Shown here: one piece after another, positions 9,823 through 19,901 of the stretch | Numbering within the stretch: the first letter of the stretch is position 1 | How the letters are laid out: each line of letters opens with the position of its first letter | NCBI GenBank assembly: GCA_027351205.1 | Contig: DAIEIW010000211.1 | Span: forward strand, 1,205 to 65,204 | Reading direction: 5' to 3' | Source of the DNA: Acidithiobacillus sp. | Lineage (GTDB): Bacteria; Pseudomonadota; Gammaproteobacteria; Acidithiobacillales; Acidithiobacillaceae | DNA length: 64,000 nt | Notes under the pieces: generated by a model | The model's database searches: none | Seen by the model: the letters and a program-made list of their open reading frames with translations, nothing else | Told to the model about the DNA's origin: nothing | Translations under genes and position numbers: made by a program

Positions 9823-10408
9823 TCAATCGGTCTGAGCAGCCACAGGCAGATCGACGCCGGCATAGATGTCCTCTACTGAAAGTGCCAAGTCGACACATCG
9901 GAGGCACAAACGGTCGTTTTCAGGGTCATTCAGCAACTCGTACCACCGACCTTCAGGATGCCGACGGAATGCCTCGACGACGGCTTTTTCGCTATCCACC
10001 AAAACATGTTCCTGCAGGCTAGGAAGCGTCTGATAAGCTTGTATCTTTTCACGACGGTCCACATTCGCCGTGCCAGCCGACAATACTTCGACGATAAGGC
10101 AAGGATCTTCCAGATAGAGGGAATCTCCGGACAACGGCACACCACAACGCAACACGACATCGGGATAATAAAAGGCATCTACAGCTTCTACCCGCACTTT
10201 CATATCGCTGTTCAGAACCTGCCAGTGACTACCCACGGGTCTTTTGCCAGAGCAGTCCATACAGGTTGCCCGCAATCTGGTTATGACGCAGATTGGCCCC
10301 AGCCATGGCATAGACCTGCCCGGCCACATACTCGTGGCGTATATCGGCGCGCTCCTCACCTTCCAGATACTCTTTGACAGACAAAGGCCGTAACATGGCT
10401 ACCTGCAT
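9823..10408 (-). pseudogene. Uma2-family PD-(D/E)xK endonuclease, split by a +1 frameshift at about 10229-10235
   Basis: 5' part (LSVKEYLEGEERADIRHEYVAGQVYAMAGANLRHNQIAGNL) stops at GGG TAG (10229). The rest (SDMKVRV, YYPDV, EVLS, DRREK) continues in another frame to 9823. Confidence 0.85.
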
Positions 10409-10444
10409 GACCTTCCCCCCGGCCTCAGCCAATAAACAGCCTCT

Positions 10445-10473
10445 ATCATAAGACGTGGAAGCATCTGTGTCAT
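10445..10473 (-). promoter_or_regulatory. Putative sigma70 promoter for the Uma2 gene
   Basis: Minus strand ATGACA - 17 nt - TATGAT, overlapping the GT4 stop codon and about 37 nt upstream of the Uma2 ATG. Confidence 0.55.
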
Positions 10474-11549
10474 CGCGCCAGGCTGGCCAGAAAATCGCGG
10501 GCGATGATGCCGGCGTCAAAATGCCGGGCATATCCCGGCCCGGCGGCACCGAACTCCGCGCACAAATTCCGATCCGCCGCAAAGCGGAGAATAGCGTCCC
10601 GCCAACATGCCATGTTTCCGGCAGGCAATAACAGGCCACTCCGATCCGCCGCAAAGCTCTCGGGAATACCCCCCATGGCCGCACCCAGCACCGGCGTCGC
10701 GCAGGCCTGCGCCTCCAGACAGACACGGCCAAAGGTATCCGGCTCGATGGAAGGCAAGGCAAGGGTATCCATGACGCTGTACCAGGGCGTGGCCGGGTCT
10801 TGCCAGCCCAGCAAATGGTGCCAAGGTTTATCGCGCAGGCGCGCGCGCAGGTCCGCCTCGTGGGCGCCGCCGCCCAGCCACATGCCATGCACCCGTGCAT
10901 CTGTGGCGTGCGCGGCATTGATGGCGTCGGCAAGCATGAACACACCCTTGCCCTGGTGCCAGGCGCCGACAAAGCCCACAAGAAAATCCTCATCCGTTAA
11001 TCCCAAGGCGGCGCGCTGCCACGTTCGCGCCGTGAAATCACGCCGAAAATCTGCCAGGCGCAGGGGATTCGCCAACACTTCGATACGTTCTGCCGGCACG
11101 CCCTGCAGGATCAGTCGCTCCCGCAGATAGGCGGAAATCGCGAACAAGCGTAGAGGCCAGCGCGAGAGCAGCCAGCGGGTGCTGGGCCTGAGGCGCAGAT
11201 CCATGTGCCGGAACAATGCGAGAGGCCGCCCCTCACTGCGGCTGATCAGTGCCAGCGGCCAGTATTCCTTGCTGAAGCTGCCGATAACCCAGTCCGGCTG
11301 CACGCCGCGGAGGGTCAGGCGCAGGGCGCGGATACCGCCGGGATCGGCGCTGTTGCGGAAGACCCCGAAGTGCCGGGCCACCGGCGCAGTCTCCAGCGCC
11401 TGTGCGATCCGTCCTTGCGGATGCACCAGACAATGCACCTCCGCCCCCTGCTCGGCCAAGGCGCGACTCAGGGTGATCATGTGCGTCTCCGTACCACCAC
11501 CGCCGGGGTTGGTGCCCACCCAGAGCAGACGACGCGGAACTGCGATCAA
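10470..11549 (-). CDS. GT4 glycosyltransferase
   Basis: GGGGTETH, VGAWHQGKG, PSIEPDTFGRVCLEAQACATPV, MGGIPE. Confidence 0.9.
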   Translation of the reverse strand: MIAVPRRLLWVGTNPGGGGTETHMITLSRALAEQGAEVHCLVHPQGRIAQALETAPVARHFGVFRNSADPGGIRALRLTLRGVQPDWVIGSFSKEYWPLALISRSEGRPLALFRHMDLRLRPSTRWLLSRWPLRLFAISAYLRERLILQGVPAERIEVLANPLRLADFRRDFTARTWQRAALGLTDEDFLVGFVGAWHQGKGVFMLADAINAAHATDARVHGMWLGGGAHEADLRARLRDKPWHHLLGWQDPATPWYSVMDTLALPSIEPDTFGRVCLEAQACATPVLGAAMGGIPESFAADRSGLLLPAGNMACWRDAILRFAADRNLCAEFGAAGPGYARHFDAGIIARDFLASLAR

Positions 11550-12262
11550 TGGTGGTCCTCATGCGTGGTCAGCAATTGCAGGGGAAACACATGCGGCGCG
11601 TGGTGTCCGCCGACCATCACCCGTGGCAAGTCGAAGAGATCCCCACCGGGCTGGGCGCGACCCCTCCGTACGGTCACCGCGGCAGCAAAGCCGGCGCGCC
11701 GGGCCGCCTCCCGCTCGCGCAGCCCCGCCGCACCATAGGGATAACAGAACTGGGTCACCGGCACCGTCAACCTCTCTTCCAGTTCGCACCGGGAACCCTC
11801 CACCTCGTCGTTCAGCTCGGCTTCATCCAGTTCCGGCAGGCGTGGATGATGGCGGCTGTGCGCCCCGACCTCCATCCCGGCATCCCGCCAGCGGCATAAT
11901 TCATTCAGGTTCATCAGTGGCTTATGTGTACCAAGCAGCTGCGCATCCCAATGATTGTCGGTACCGATGGCAGCACTCACCACGTAGCAGGTGGCGGTAT
12001 AACCGTAGTGCAGCAACACCGGCAACGCGCATTCGAGGTTGTCCCGATAACCGTCGTCCAGAGTAATCACCACCACCTTGCCCTCTCGCTCACCACGCAG
12101 ATAGGGCAGCGCCGCAGACATGGACAAACCGCGGTAACCCAACCAGTGCAGCAGCGCCATCTGCCGCGCAAAGCGCCCGGGCGAAACATAGAGACCGCGC
12201 AGCCTGACCCCCTTCGGGGCCACCGCTATGTTGTGGTACATCAGAATGGGAACCGGCTTCAC
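11546..12262 (-). CDS. Polysaccharide deacetylase (NodB/CE4)
   Basis: PILMYH, ITLDDGY, GAHSRHH, FCYPYG, LPR. Confidence 0.9.
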   Translation of the reverse strand: MKPVPILMYHNIAVAPKGVRLRGLYVSPGRFARQMALLHWLGYRGLSMSAALPYLRGEREGKVVVITLDDGYRDNLECALPVLLHYGYTATCYVVSAAIGTDNHWDAQLLGTHKPLMNLNELCRWRDAGMEVGAHSRHHPRLPELDEAELNDEVEGSRCELEERLTVPVTQFCYPYGAAGLREREAARRAGFAAAVTVRRGRAQPGGDLFDLPRVMVGGHHAPHVFPLQLLTTHEDHH

Positions 12263-13221
12263 GCGGGCGGATCGAGATGTACGGTATGGCGGACCACATA
12301 AGTCTTTTTATCCTGAGACTCATGGTAGACGCGCACCAACATCTCGCCGAGGATGCCGGTATTGAGGAATTGCAGCCCGGCGAGGAAAAACAGCACGCCG
12401 GCAATCAACATGGGGCGCCCGGACAGCGCTGCTCCATAGCCAAACTTGTCAATAAAAAGATACAGCAGCATGACCGAACCGCTGCTCAGGAGGATCAATC
12501 CGATCACCCCGAAGAAATGCATGGGTCGCTGGCTGTAGCCCAGAAAAAACTTGACGAAGAGCAGATCCACCAGTACCCGGAAGGTACGGGTGATGCCATA
12601 TTTGCTGTGCCCCGCCCGGCGCGGATGGTGCCGTACCGGCACCTCGACGATGCGATCCGTGTAAGTCAGAGTGGAAAGCCAGGCCGGAATAAAGCGATGC
12701 ATTTCGCCATACAGGCGCACTCCCCGGATCACCGAGGCCCGGTAGGCTTTGAGGGTGCAGCCGTAATCGTGCAGATAAACCCCCGTGAGGTGGCGGATCA
12801 GATGATTGGCAATCCGCGACGGCATCCTGCGCAACAACAGACCGTCCTGCCGGTTTTTCCGCCAGCCGGCCACCACGTCCAGATTCCCCTCCAGCAGGCG
12901 CCGGGCCAGAGGCAGGATATCTTCCGGATCATTTTGCAGATCCGCATCCAGGGTCACGATCACCTCGCCCAAGGCGGCGTCGATCCCCGCCTGCATCGCC
13001 GCCGTCTGCCCAAAATTCCGTTGCAGATGGATGATTTTGAAACGCGCGCCGCGCGCCTCCGCCTCCCGGTCCAGCGCGGCGGCACTCCCGTCCCGGCTGC
13101 CGTCATCGACGATGATGACTTCGGCGTCGGCGTCTCCCAGGGCGTTGCTGAGGGCCGCACAAAGCGGCGAGACATTGTCGATCTCGTTGTAGAGCGGGAT
13201 TACGACGGAAACCAGGGCCAT
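12259..13221 (-). CDS. GT2 polyprenyl-phosphate glycosyltransferase (ArnC/GtrB-like)
   Basis: PLYNE, VDDGSRD, RNFGQTAA, TLDADLQNDP, DYGCTLK, HRFIPA, SKYG, two C-terminal TM helices. Confidence 0.88.
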   Translation of the reverse strand: MALVSVVIPLYNEIDNVSPLCAALSNALGDADAEVIIVDDGSRDGSAAALDREAEARGARFKIIHLQRNFGQTAAMQAGIDAALGEVIVTLDADLQNDPEDILPLARRLLEGNLDVVAGWRKNRQDGLLLRRMPSRIANHLIRHLTGVYLHDYGCTLKAYRASVIRGVRLYGEMHRFIPAWLSTLTYTDRIVEVPVRHHPRRAGHSKYGITRTFRVLVDLLFVKFFLGYSQRPMHFFGVIGLILLSSGSVMLLYLFIDKFGYGAALSGRPMLIAGVLFFLAGLQFLNTGILGEMLVRVYHESQDKKTYVVRHTVHLDPPA

Positions 13222-14211
13222 TTAACGGTCCCAGTGACGGAGCAAAGCGCGGGTAGCGGCCGCAGGATCCTGTGCTTCGAGAATGCCGGAGAGCACCGCC
13301 ACACCCCGTGCACCTGCCGCCAGCGCCTCCGGCACCCGTGCTGCCGTCATTCCGCCGAGCGCAATGAGGGGTAGAGAGGACTCAGCGGCCATCGCCGCGA
13401 AAACCCCGGGTCCCAGCGCCTCCGTACCCGGATGGCTGGAAGTGGGGAAAATCGGCGAGAGAAAGGCATAACGCGCGCCCAGGCGCGCCGCCTGTTGCAA
13501 GCCCGCAGCGTCATGACAGGATACCCCGAATGTCTCATTGGGTTTTACGCCCGCATCTGACTGCGCCTGGGTCAGGTGACGACCGGTCCTTGGCCAGTCG
13601 GGCAGGGGGTCGGGATGATTGAGGTAGACCTGCACGCCCCCCGCCAACGCCCCGGCGCATAGTGCCGCCAACACGTCAGCACTGGAGCCGTCAGGCACCG
13701 CTTTGCAGCGCAACACCAGCCAGCGCAGTCCGGCATCAAGGGCCGCTTCCAGCGCGCGCCGGAAATCAGGCAGGGGCAACCTGCCCGGATCCGCAATCAG
13801 GCAGAGGGGCGGCTGGGGAAGGGTCTCCGCCAACACGTCCGCAGTCAGACGGAGGTTCGCGGGGAGACACTCCAGCGCTGGGATCTCCCAGGGAAAAAGC
13901 CAGCGTACTTCCTGTCCCTCGCGGCCATGGGCCGTGCCCGTCCAGTGCCGCACCCGGTAGAAATGCAGGCGCACCGTCCGTTCCGGATAGGTATATTCCA
14001 GCACCCGGAAGGGTTCCGGCGCGGTTACCATAACCCCCAACTCTTCCCAGAGCTCCCGGACCAGCGCCTGTTCCGGCGTTTCGCCCGGATCGACCTTGCC
14101 GCCGGGAAACTCCCAGAACCCCGGCCAGGGCTTGCCCTCCGGGCGCAGTGCAACCAGCAGGCGCCCGGAGGCGTCTTCAATGATTCCGGTTGCGACGGGA
14201 ACAGTGGGCAT
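13222..14211 (-). CDS. Nudix hydrolase (MutT-like) fused to a thiamine-phosphate synthase (ThiE)-like domain
   Basis: Nudix box WEFPGGKVDPGETPEQALVRELWEELG; C-terminal SCH, LSPIFPTSSHP and ALGGM motifs. Confidence 0.9.
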   Translation of the reverse strand: MPTVPVATGIIEDASGRLLVALRPEGKPWPGFWEFPGGKVDPGETPEQALVRELWEELGVMVTAPEPFRVLEYTYPERTVRLHFYRVRHWTGTAHGREGQEVRWLFPWEIPALECLPANLRLTADVLAETLPQPPLCLIADPGRLPLPDFRRALEAALDAGLRWLVLRCKAVPDGSSADVLAALCAGALAGGVQVYLNHPDPLPDWPRTGRHLTQAQSDAGVKPNETFGVSCHDAAGLQQAARLGARYAFLSPIFPTSSHPGTEALGPGVFAAMAAESSLPLIALGGMTAARVPEALAAGARGVAVLSGILEAQDPAAATRALLRHWDR

Positions 14212-15437
14212 CAGCTACGATAATCGGCGTTGATACGCACATAGTCATAGGACAAGTCGCAGGTCCAGATTTGCGCTTCGGCGCCCCCCCTGCCCAGATC
14301 AACACGCACCGGGATTTCCTCCTGAGCCATTACCGCCTGTCCCGCCGCCTCGCTGTAACCAGGGTCGCGGGCACCATCCCGCACGATGCGCGTATCACCC
14401 AGCCAGACCTGCACGCCCGCCACATCCAGGTCGTCGACGCCGGCTGAACCAATGGCCGCCAGCAAGCGCCCCCAGTTCGGGTCAGAGGCAAAGAACGCCG
14501 TCTTGATCAAGGGGCTATGGGCCATGCGGTAAGCCACCCGCAAGCACTCCGCCTCATCACACCCGCCCGAAATACGGATCGGAATGAACTTGGTCGCCCC
14601 CTCGCCGTCGCGCACAACCGCCTGTGCCAGCCATTGTGCGACGAGCGTGATCGTGTCTCTCAGTTTCCCGTAGCGGGGATCTATCGCCTTCGTGACGGGC
14701 GGTAGCGCCGCGCGTCCCGTCGCCATCAGGACGCAGGCATCGTTGGTGGAGGTATCGCCGTCCACCGTGATGCGGTTGAAGGACTGCGCCACGGCCTCCT
14801 GCAGGCACTGCTGCAAGGCCGCCCCATGCAGCGGGGCATCGGTGGCGATGTAGGCCAGCATCGTGGCCATATCGGGGCGGATCATCCCCGACCCTTTGGC
14901 CATGCCGGTCACCGTGATCCTAACGCCGTCCATCTCGATCTGCCGGGAACAGCACTTGGCGATGGTGTCGGTGGTCATGATCGCCGCCGCAGCAGCCTCC
15001 CATTGGTCCTCGGCGAGTCCGACAACGCAGGTCGGCAGGACTGCGGCGATTTTTTCCGCCAGCGCCACAGGCTCACCGATCACCCCGGTGGAGAAGGGCA
15101 GCACCGCTCCGGGCGCGCAGCCCAACTGCTCGGCCACTTCCCGGCAACTCGCCTCTGCCGCCCGCAAACCATTTGCACCCGTACCGGCATTGGCATTGCC
15201 CGTATTGATCACCAGTGCCCGCACGCCGGGCCCTTCCGCGAGATGATGCCGCGCCACCAGTACGGGCGCGGCGCAAAAGCGGTTGCGGGTAAAAACGGCC
15301 GCCACCTGGGACCCCTCGGCGAGATGAATCAGGGTCAGATCACGACGACCCACATAACGAATACCCGCCTCCGCCACGCTCAGGCGAACCCCCGCTACGG
15401 GCAGGATATTCCGGGGAGGATCAAGACCGACGGCCAT
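14211..15437 (-). CDS. argJ: Bifunctional glutamate N-acetyltransferase/amino-acid acetyltransferase
   Basis: NTGNANAGTG, STGVIG, MTTDT, KGSGMIRPDMATML, DGEGATK, WTCDLSYDYVRINADYRS. Confidence 0.97.
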   Translation of the reverse strand: MAVGLDPPRNILPVAGVRLSVAEAGIRYVGRRDLTLIHLAEGSQVAAVFTRNRFCAAPVLVARHHLAEGPGVRALVINTGNANAGTGANGLRAAEASCREVAEQLGCAPGAVLPFSTGVIGEPVALAEKIAAVLPTCVVGLAEDQWEAAAAAIMTTDTIAKCCSRQIEMDGVRITVTGMAKGSGMIRPDMATMLAYIATDAPLHGAALQQCLQEAVAQSFNRITVDGDTSTNDACVLMATGRAALPPVTKAIDPRYGKLRDTITLVAQWLAQAVVRDGEGATKFIPIRISGGCDEAECLRVAYRMAHSPLIKTAFFASDPNWGRLLAAIGSAGVDDLDVAGVQVWLGDTRIVRDGARDPGYSEAAGQAVMAQEEIPVRVDLGRGGAEAQIWTCDLSYDYVRINADYRS

Positions 15438-15446
15438 ACGCTTTCC

Positions 15447-18191
15447 TTATTGCAGGCGCCCGTGACAATGCTTGTACTTTTTGCCGGAACCGCAAGGGCA
15501 CGGCTGATTCCGTCCCACCTTGTCGTCACTGATCGCGGGGCTGTGACCGGCCTCCTGTTCACCAATGACGTCCAGCCCCGCCAGTGCAAGTCCGGCATCT
15601 TCGACAAGCGGTGCCGCCGCCGCTGCAAAATCCGGATGGGAAAACTGCAAATGCCGAGGCTGGGCGGCACGGGCGATGGCGTCCCAATCCAGCGGCTCTG
15701 CCGGAGCCGGACTCACATGCAAGCGCGAGAGGGCGCTGACCACTTCTTCGCGCAACTCAGCCAGCATGGCGTTGAACATGATCAGAGACTCCCGCTTGTA
15801 CTCCTGTTTGGGATTCTTCTGAGCATATCCACGCAGGTGAATGCCTTCGCGGAGATGATCCATGCTCGCCAGATGGTCCTTCCACTGGCTGTCCAGGACC
15901 TGCAGCAGGATGGACTTTTCGAAGTGACGGGTCATCTCGCTGCCCATGAGAGACTCTTTGGCCGCGTAAGCGGACAACACCATCTCCATGATCCGCTCAC
16001 GTAGCACCGCGTGAGTGAGGCCTTTATCCTGCTCCAGCCATTGCCCGACCGGGACCTGCAGGCCAAAAATCCGCTCCAGGGACGCTTCCAGGCCTGGCAG
16101 ATCCCAGCGCTCTTCCATAACGCCTTCAGGCGCCGTGGCGGCCAGCACTGCGTCCAGAACATCGTCGCGCAACGCCCTGATTTCCGCACCGACGTCATCG
16201 GCATCCATGAAGGCGTTGCGTTGCTGATAGATGATCCGGCGCTGCTCATTGGCCACGTCGTCGTATTCCAGCAATTGTTTGCGGATATCGAAGTTGCGGC
16301 TTTCCACTTTGCGCTGGGCATTCTCGATGGACTTGGTCACCCAGGGATGCTCGATCGCCTCCCCCTCCTTCATGCCCAGCTTCTGCATCAGGCCACTCAG
16401 ACGGTCGCTACCGAAAATGCGCATCAGGGGGTCATCCAGGGAAAGGTAGAAACGGGTGGTGCCGGGGTCGCCCTGGCGGCCGGACCGCCCGCGCAACTGG
16501 TTGTCTATCCGCCGCGATTCATGACGTTCGGTACCGATGATATGTAATCCGCCCGCCGCTATCGCCGCGTCATGCAGCCCCTGCCAACCGCTCTTGAGAG
16601 ACTCGATCCGCCGGGTTTTTTCATCCTCTTCCAGATCCGGATTGGCCAGCACCATATCCACCTGATGGCCGACATTGCCGCCCAGCACGATGTCGGTACC
16701 CCGTCCCGCCATGTTGGTGGCGATGGTCACCGCCCCCGGCGTGCCCGCCTGGGCTATGATCTCCGCCTCGCGCTGATGCTGTTTGGCGTTCAGCACTTCA
16801 TGGGAAACCCGCGCCTGCTTGAGCAGATGAGACAGAAATTCGTTGTGTTCGATAGAGGTGGTACCCACCAGTACCGGCTGCCCGCGCCGTTGACAGTCGC
16901 GGATATCTTCCACTATCGCTTTCCACTTCTCCTGACTGGTCCGGTAGATAAGATCGGCGAAATCCGTCCGACTCACCGGCCTGTGAGTCGGTATGATCAC
17001 CACTTCCAGGCCGTAAATCTGATTCAGTTCAAATGCTTCCGTGTCAGCGGTCCCGGTCATGCCCGACAGTTTTTCGTACATGCGGAAATAATTCTGAAAG
17101 GTGATGGAGGCCAGGGTCTGGTTCTCATTCTGGACCGCCACCCCTTCCTTGGCTTCCACCGCCTGATGCAGGCCATCAGACCAGCGCCGCCCGGACATCA
17201 TACGTCCGGTGAATTCGTCGACGATACAGACCTCTCCGTCGCGAACGATATAATCCGTCTCCCGCCGGTAGATCACGTGGGCCCGCAACGCCTGGTTGAG
17301 GTGATGGACCAAGGTGACGTTGGCCAGATCGTAGAGGTCGCCGTCAACCAGCAGGCCGCTCTCCGCCATCAGGCGTTCCGCCTTTTCGATCCCCTCCTCC
17401 GTAAGCATGACCTGCCGGGCCTTTTCATCGACCGTGTAGTCCTCATCGACGACAAAACTCCCGACGAGTTTGTCCACCCGGTAGTAAAGGTCGGTATTTT
17501 CTTCAGTGGGACCACTGATGATGAGCGGGGTACGCGCCTCGTCGATCAGGATGGAATCCACCTCGTCGATGATGGCGTAGTGCAGACCGCGCTGTACCCG
17601 GTCGGCAGGAGAAAACGCCATGTTATCCCGCAGATAATCGAAACCGAACTCGTTATTGGTGCCGTAGGTGATGTCGGCCGCATAGGCCGCGCGGCGCTCC
17701 TCACTGGACAGGTCCGAGATGATGGTACCCACGCTCAGACCCAGAAAGCGGTGAATCTTGCCGACCCACTGGGCATCGCGGCTGGCCAGATAGTCATTGA
17801 CTGTCACCACATGCACGCCCTTACCCTGCAGGGCGTTGAGGTAGGCCGGCAAGGTTGCAACGAGGGTCTTGCCCTCACCAGTGCGCATCTCCGCAATTTT
17901 ACCTTCATGGAGCATGTAACCACCGATGATCTGCACATCGTACTGGCGCATGCCCATGACCCGCCGGGTCACCTCACGCACCACGGCGAATGCCTCCGGC
18001 AACAGGGCATCGAGCGGTTCACCCCGGGCCACCCGTTCCCGGAAGATCGCGGTCTGCGCAGCAAGGGTCGCGTCGTCCATGGCCTTGAAGCGGTCTTCCA
18101 GGGCGTTGACCTGCGCCACAACGGCACGGGCCTTCTTGATCAGTCGGTCATTGCGACTGCCGACGACATGGCGGATGATAGTTCCAAACAT
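15447..18191 (-). CDS. secA: Preprotein translocase ATPase SecA
   Basis: [57 protein letters not shown]-terminal [13 protein letters not shown]. Confidence 0.99.
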   Translation of the reverse strand: MFGTIIRHVVGSRNDRLIKKARAVVAQVNALEDRFKAMDDATLAAQTAIFRERVARGEPLDALLPEAFAVVREVTRRVMGMRQYDVQIIGGYMLHEGKIAEMRTGEGKTLVATLPAYLNALQGKGVHVVTVNDYLASRDAQWVGKIHRFLGLSVGTIISDLSSEERRAAYAADITYGTNNEFGFDYLRDNMAFSPADRVQRGLHYAIIDEVDSILIDEARTPLIISGPTEENTDLYYRVDKLVGSFVVDEDYTVDEKARQVMLTEEGIEKAERLMAESGLLVDGDLYDLANVTLVHHLNQALRAHVIYRRETDYIVRDGEVCIVDEFTGRMMSGRRWSDGLHQAVEAKEGVAVQNENQTLASITFQNYFRMYEKLSGMTGTADTEAFELNQIYGLEVVIIPTHRPVSRTDFADLIYRTSQEKWKAIVEDIRDCQRRGQPVLVGTTSIEHNEFLSHLLKQARVSHEVLNAKQHQREAEIIAQAGTPGAVTIATNMAGRGTDIVLGGNVGHQVDMVLANPDLEEDEKTRRIESLKSGWQGLHDAAIAAGGLHIIGTERHESRRIDNQLRGRSGRQGDPGTTRFYLSLDDPLMRIFGSDRLSGLMQKLGMKEGEAIEHPWVTKSIENAQRKVESRNFDIRKQLLEYDDVANEQRRIIYQQRNAFMDADDVGAEIRALRDDVLDAVLAATAPEGVMEERWDLPGLEASLERIFGLQVPVGQWLEQDKGLTHAVLRERIMEMVLSAYAAKESLMGSEMTRHFEKSILLQVLDSQWKDHLASMDHLREGIHLRGYAQKNPKQEYKRESLIMFNAMLAELREEVVSALSRLHVSPAPAEPLDWDAIARAAQPRHLQFSHPDFAAAAAPLVEDAGLALAGLDVIGEQEAGHSPAISDDKVGRNQPCPCGSGKKYKHCHGRLQ

Positions 18192-18243
18192 GATGAGTAC
18201 ACGAACCTAGTAAAAAATATCGAGCAGGGTAGCATGAAAGCCT

Positions 18244-18756
18244 ATGGATGATAAACGGTGGCGCGCCTGGCGCACCATGACGCAAGGTTCTTCAGGACCC
18301 ATCGCAGAGGTCTGCCGTCGCGGAGCTCTGTTGCGCGAGCGTCAGGTCGACTGGAACGGATTACTCGCGCTGGAAGCGCAGGACCAGACTTGGCTGGTTG
18401 ACTGGTCCGGGGGGGTGCTGAGCGTACTTTGTCAGAGCCCGGTATGGATTTCCTGGCTGCGAAGAAATGAAAAAAAAATACTGAAACAATGGAATACCCG
18501 TTTCCCGGAAACGTCGGCGCGGCAAATCGTCGCCGCGGTCCGGCCCTGGTCATACCGGCTGCCGCAGTCGGCGGGAATTCAGCGGGCGCCTCAGATTTCA
18601 GCAGAGGCACCCGAAGCGCTGCGGGCCGTGACCGGGCAGGTGCCACAAGCCATCGCCGCCGCTCTGCAGCGCCTGGCCAACACCATGGACCGTCTTCAGG
18701 CGGAGGCCGTCACCAAGGTGTCGGCAAAGGAAAACGGCGCACGCCGCTCGGCGTAA
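18244..18756 (+). CDS. dciA: DUF721/DciA-family protein (putative replicative helicase loader)
   Basis: Position between secA and lpxC on the opposite strand. [18 protein letters not shown] resembles the DciA KH-like domain; C-terminus ends [10 protein letters not shown]. Confidence 0.6.
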   Translation: MDDKRWRAWRTMTQGSSGPIAEVCRRGALLRERQVDWNGLLALEAQDQTWLVDWSGGVLSVLCQSPVWISWLRRNEKKILKQWNTRFPETSARQIVAAVRPWSYRLPQSAGIQRAPQISAEAPEALRAVTGQVPQAIAAALQRLANTMDRLQAEAVTKVSAKENGARRSA

Positions 18757-19610
18757 TCCACAAACTCCCAGGCGTCCTGACGGAGAAGCAGCGCCCGCAG
18801 CAGACTGTTGTTGAGGGCGTGTCCGGCCTTGTGTCCGGAAAAATGGCCGACCAGCGGATGCCCGAGCAGATAGAGGTCGCCTATGGAATCCAGCACCTTA
18901 TGGCGCACGAACTCATTGGTGTAGCGCAACCCTTCTTCGTTGAGCACACGGTAATCGTCGACCACGATAGCGTTGTCCAGATTGCCGCCGAGGGCCAGAC
19001 CCATCCGCCGCAAGGCTTCGACTTCGCGCATGAAGCCGAAGGTTCGCGCACGGGCCACCTCCTTGAGGTAAGAAGTGCGGGCGAAGTCCACCGTCACCTC
19101 CTGACCGCCGTTTTTCATCACCGGATGGTCAAAATCGATGGCGAAACTTACCTTGAAGCCTTCGAACGGCTCCAGTTGTACCCAGCGGTCACCATCTTCC
19201 GCCTTGAGCGGTTTGGTGATGCGGATGAATCGCTTCGGGGCATTCTGCTCTTCAATCCCCGCGCACTGGATGAGAAATACGAAGGGCGCAGCGCTACCGT
19301 CCATGATGGGCACTTCGGGTCCATCGAGATCCACATAGGCATTATCGATACCAAGACCCGCCAACGCCGACATCAGGTGTTCAACGGTGCCAACCCGGAT
19401 ATGGCCATCGCCGATATTGGTGGAAAGGCGGGTATCCACCACATGGAGCGGATCCGCTTTGATCCAGGCGCCGCCCTCGATATCGCTGCGGTGAAATACG
19501 ATCCCGGTATTTACAGGTGCCGGGCGCAGGCCGACGTAGACCTTCTTGCCGCTATGCAAACCGATTCCTGTGCCCCAGATCATGTTCTTAAGTGTACGCT
19601 GACGCATCAT
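18696..19610 (-). CDS. lpxC: UDP-3-O-acyl-N-acetylglucosamine deacetylase
   Basis: [52 protein letters not shown]. Confidence 0.98.
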   Translation of the reverse strand: MMRQRTLKNMIWGTGIGLHSGKKVYVGLRPAPVNTGIVFHRSDIEGGAWIKADPLHVVDTRLSTNIGDGHIRVGTVEHLMSALAGLGIDNAYVDLDGPEVPIMDGSAAPFVFLIQCAGIEEQNAPKRFIRITKPLKAEDGDRWVQLEPFEGFKVSFAIDFDHPVMKNGGQEVTVDFARTSYLKEVARARTFGFMREVEALRRMGLALGGNLDNAIVVDDYRVLNEEGLRYTNEFVRHKVLDSIGDLYLLGHPLVGHFSGHKAGHALNNSLLRALLLRQDAWEFVDYAERRAPFSFADTLVTASA

Positions 19611-19901
19611 AACCTTCTTCCGCGACCTGAGGGATCGCCCTCCCACTGAATAAGTATCTCCACTTTACAACTTTTGTTGTCTCTATACAACTAACCGACT
19701 GGTCAGGCAGTTTACAGGGGCTGGTCGGCCTTGACAATATTCCGTTGACATTTATTAACACATGCCATAGAAGCTTTTTCCCGCCGGCAGCTAGGATGTA
19801 ATCACCCAAAGGCGCATCCGGTTATGTATAATTGCCGGATGCGCGATCGCTCAACGGCCGTCGCATCGTAACCAGGCTTCTCCGATACAAGGACACAGAT
19901 C

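Noticed and set aside
19697-19713. ACTGGTC..CAGTT resembling a FadR box upstream of sspA-fadD
   Set aside because: Needs a 1-nt deletion to fit the 17-bp palindrome, and lies about 200 bp from the genes.
19834-19850. GCCGGATGCG resembling enterobacterial REP
   Set aside because: Lacks the rest of the REP palindrome, and I saw no other copies in 64 kb. Kept only as the inverted-repeat finding.
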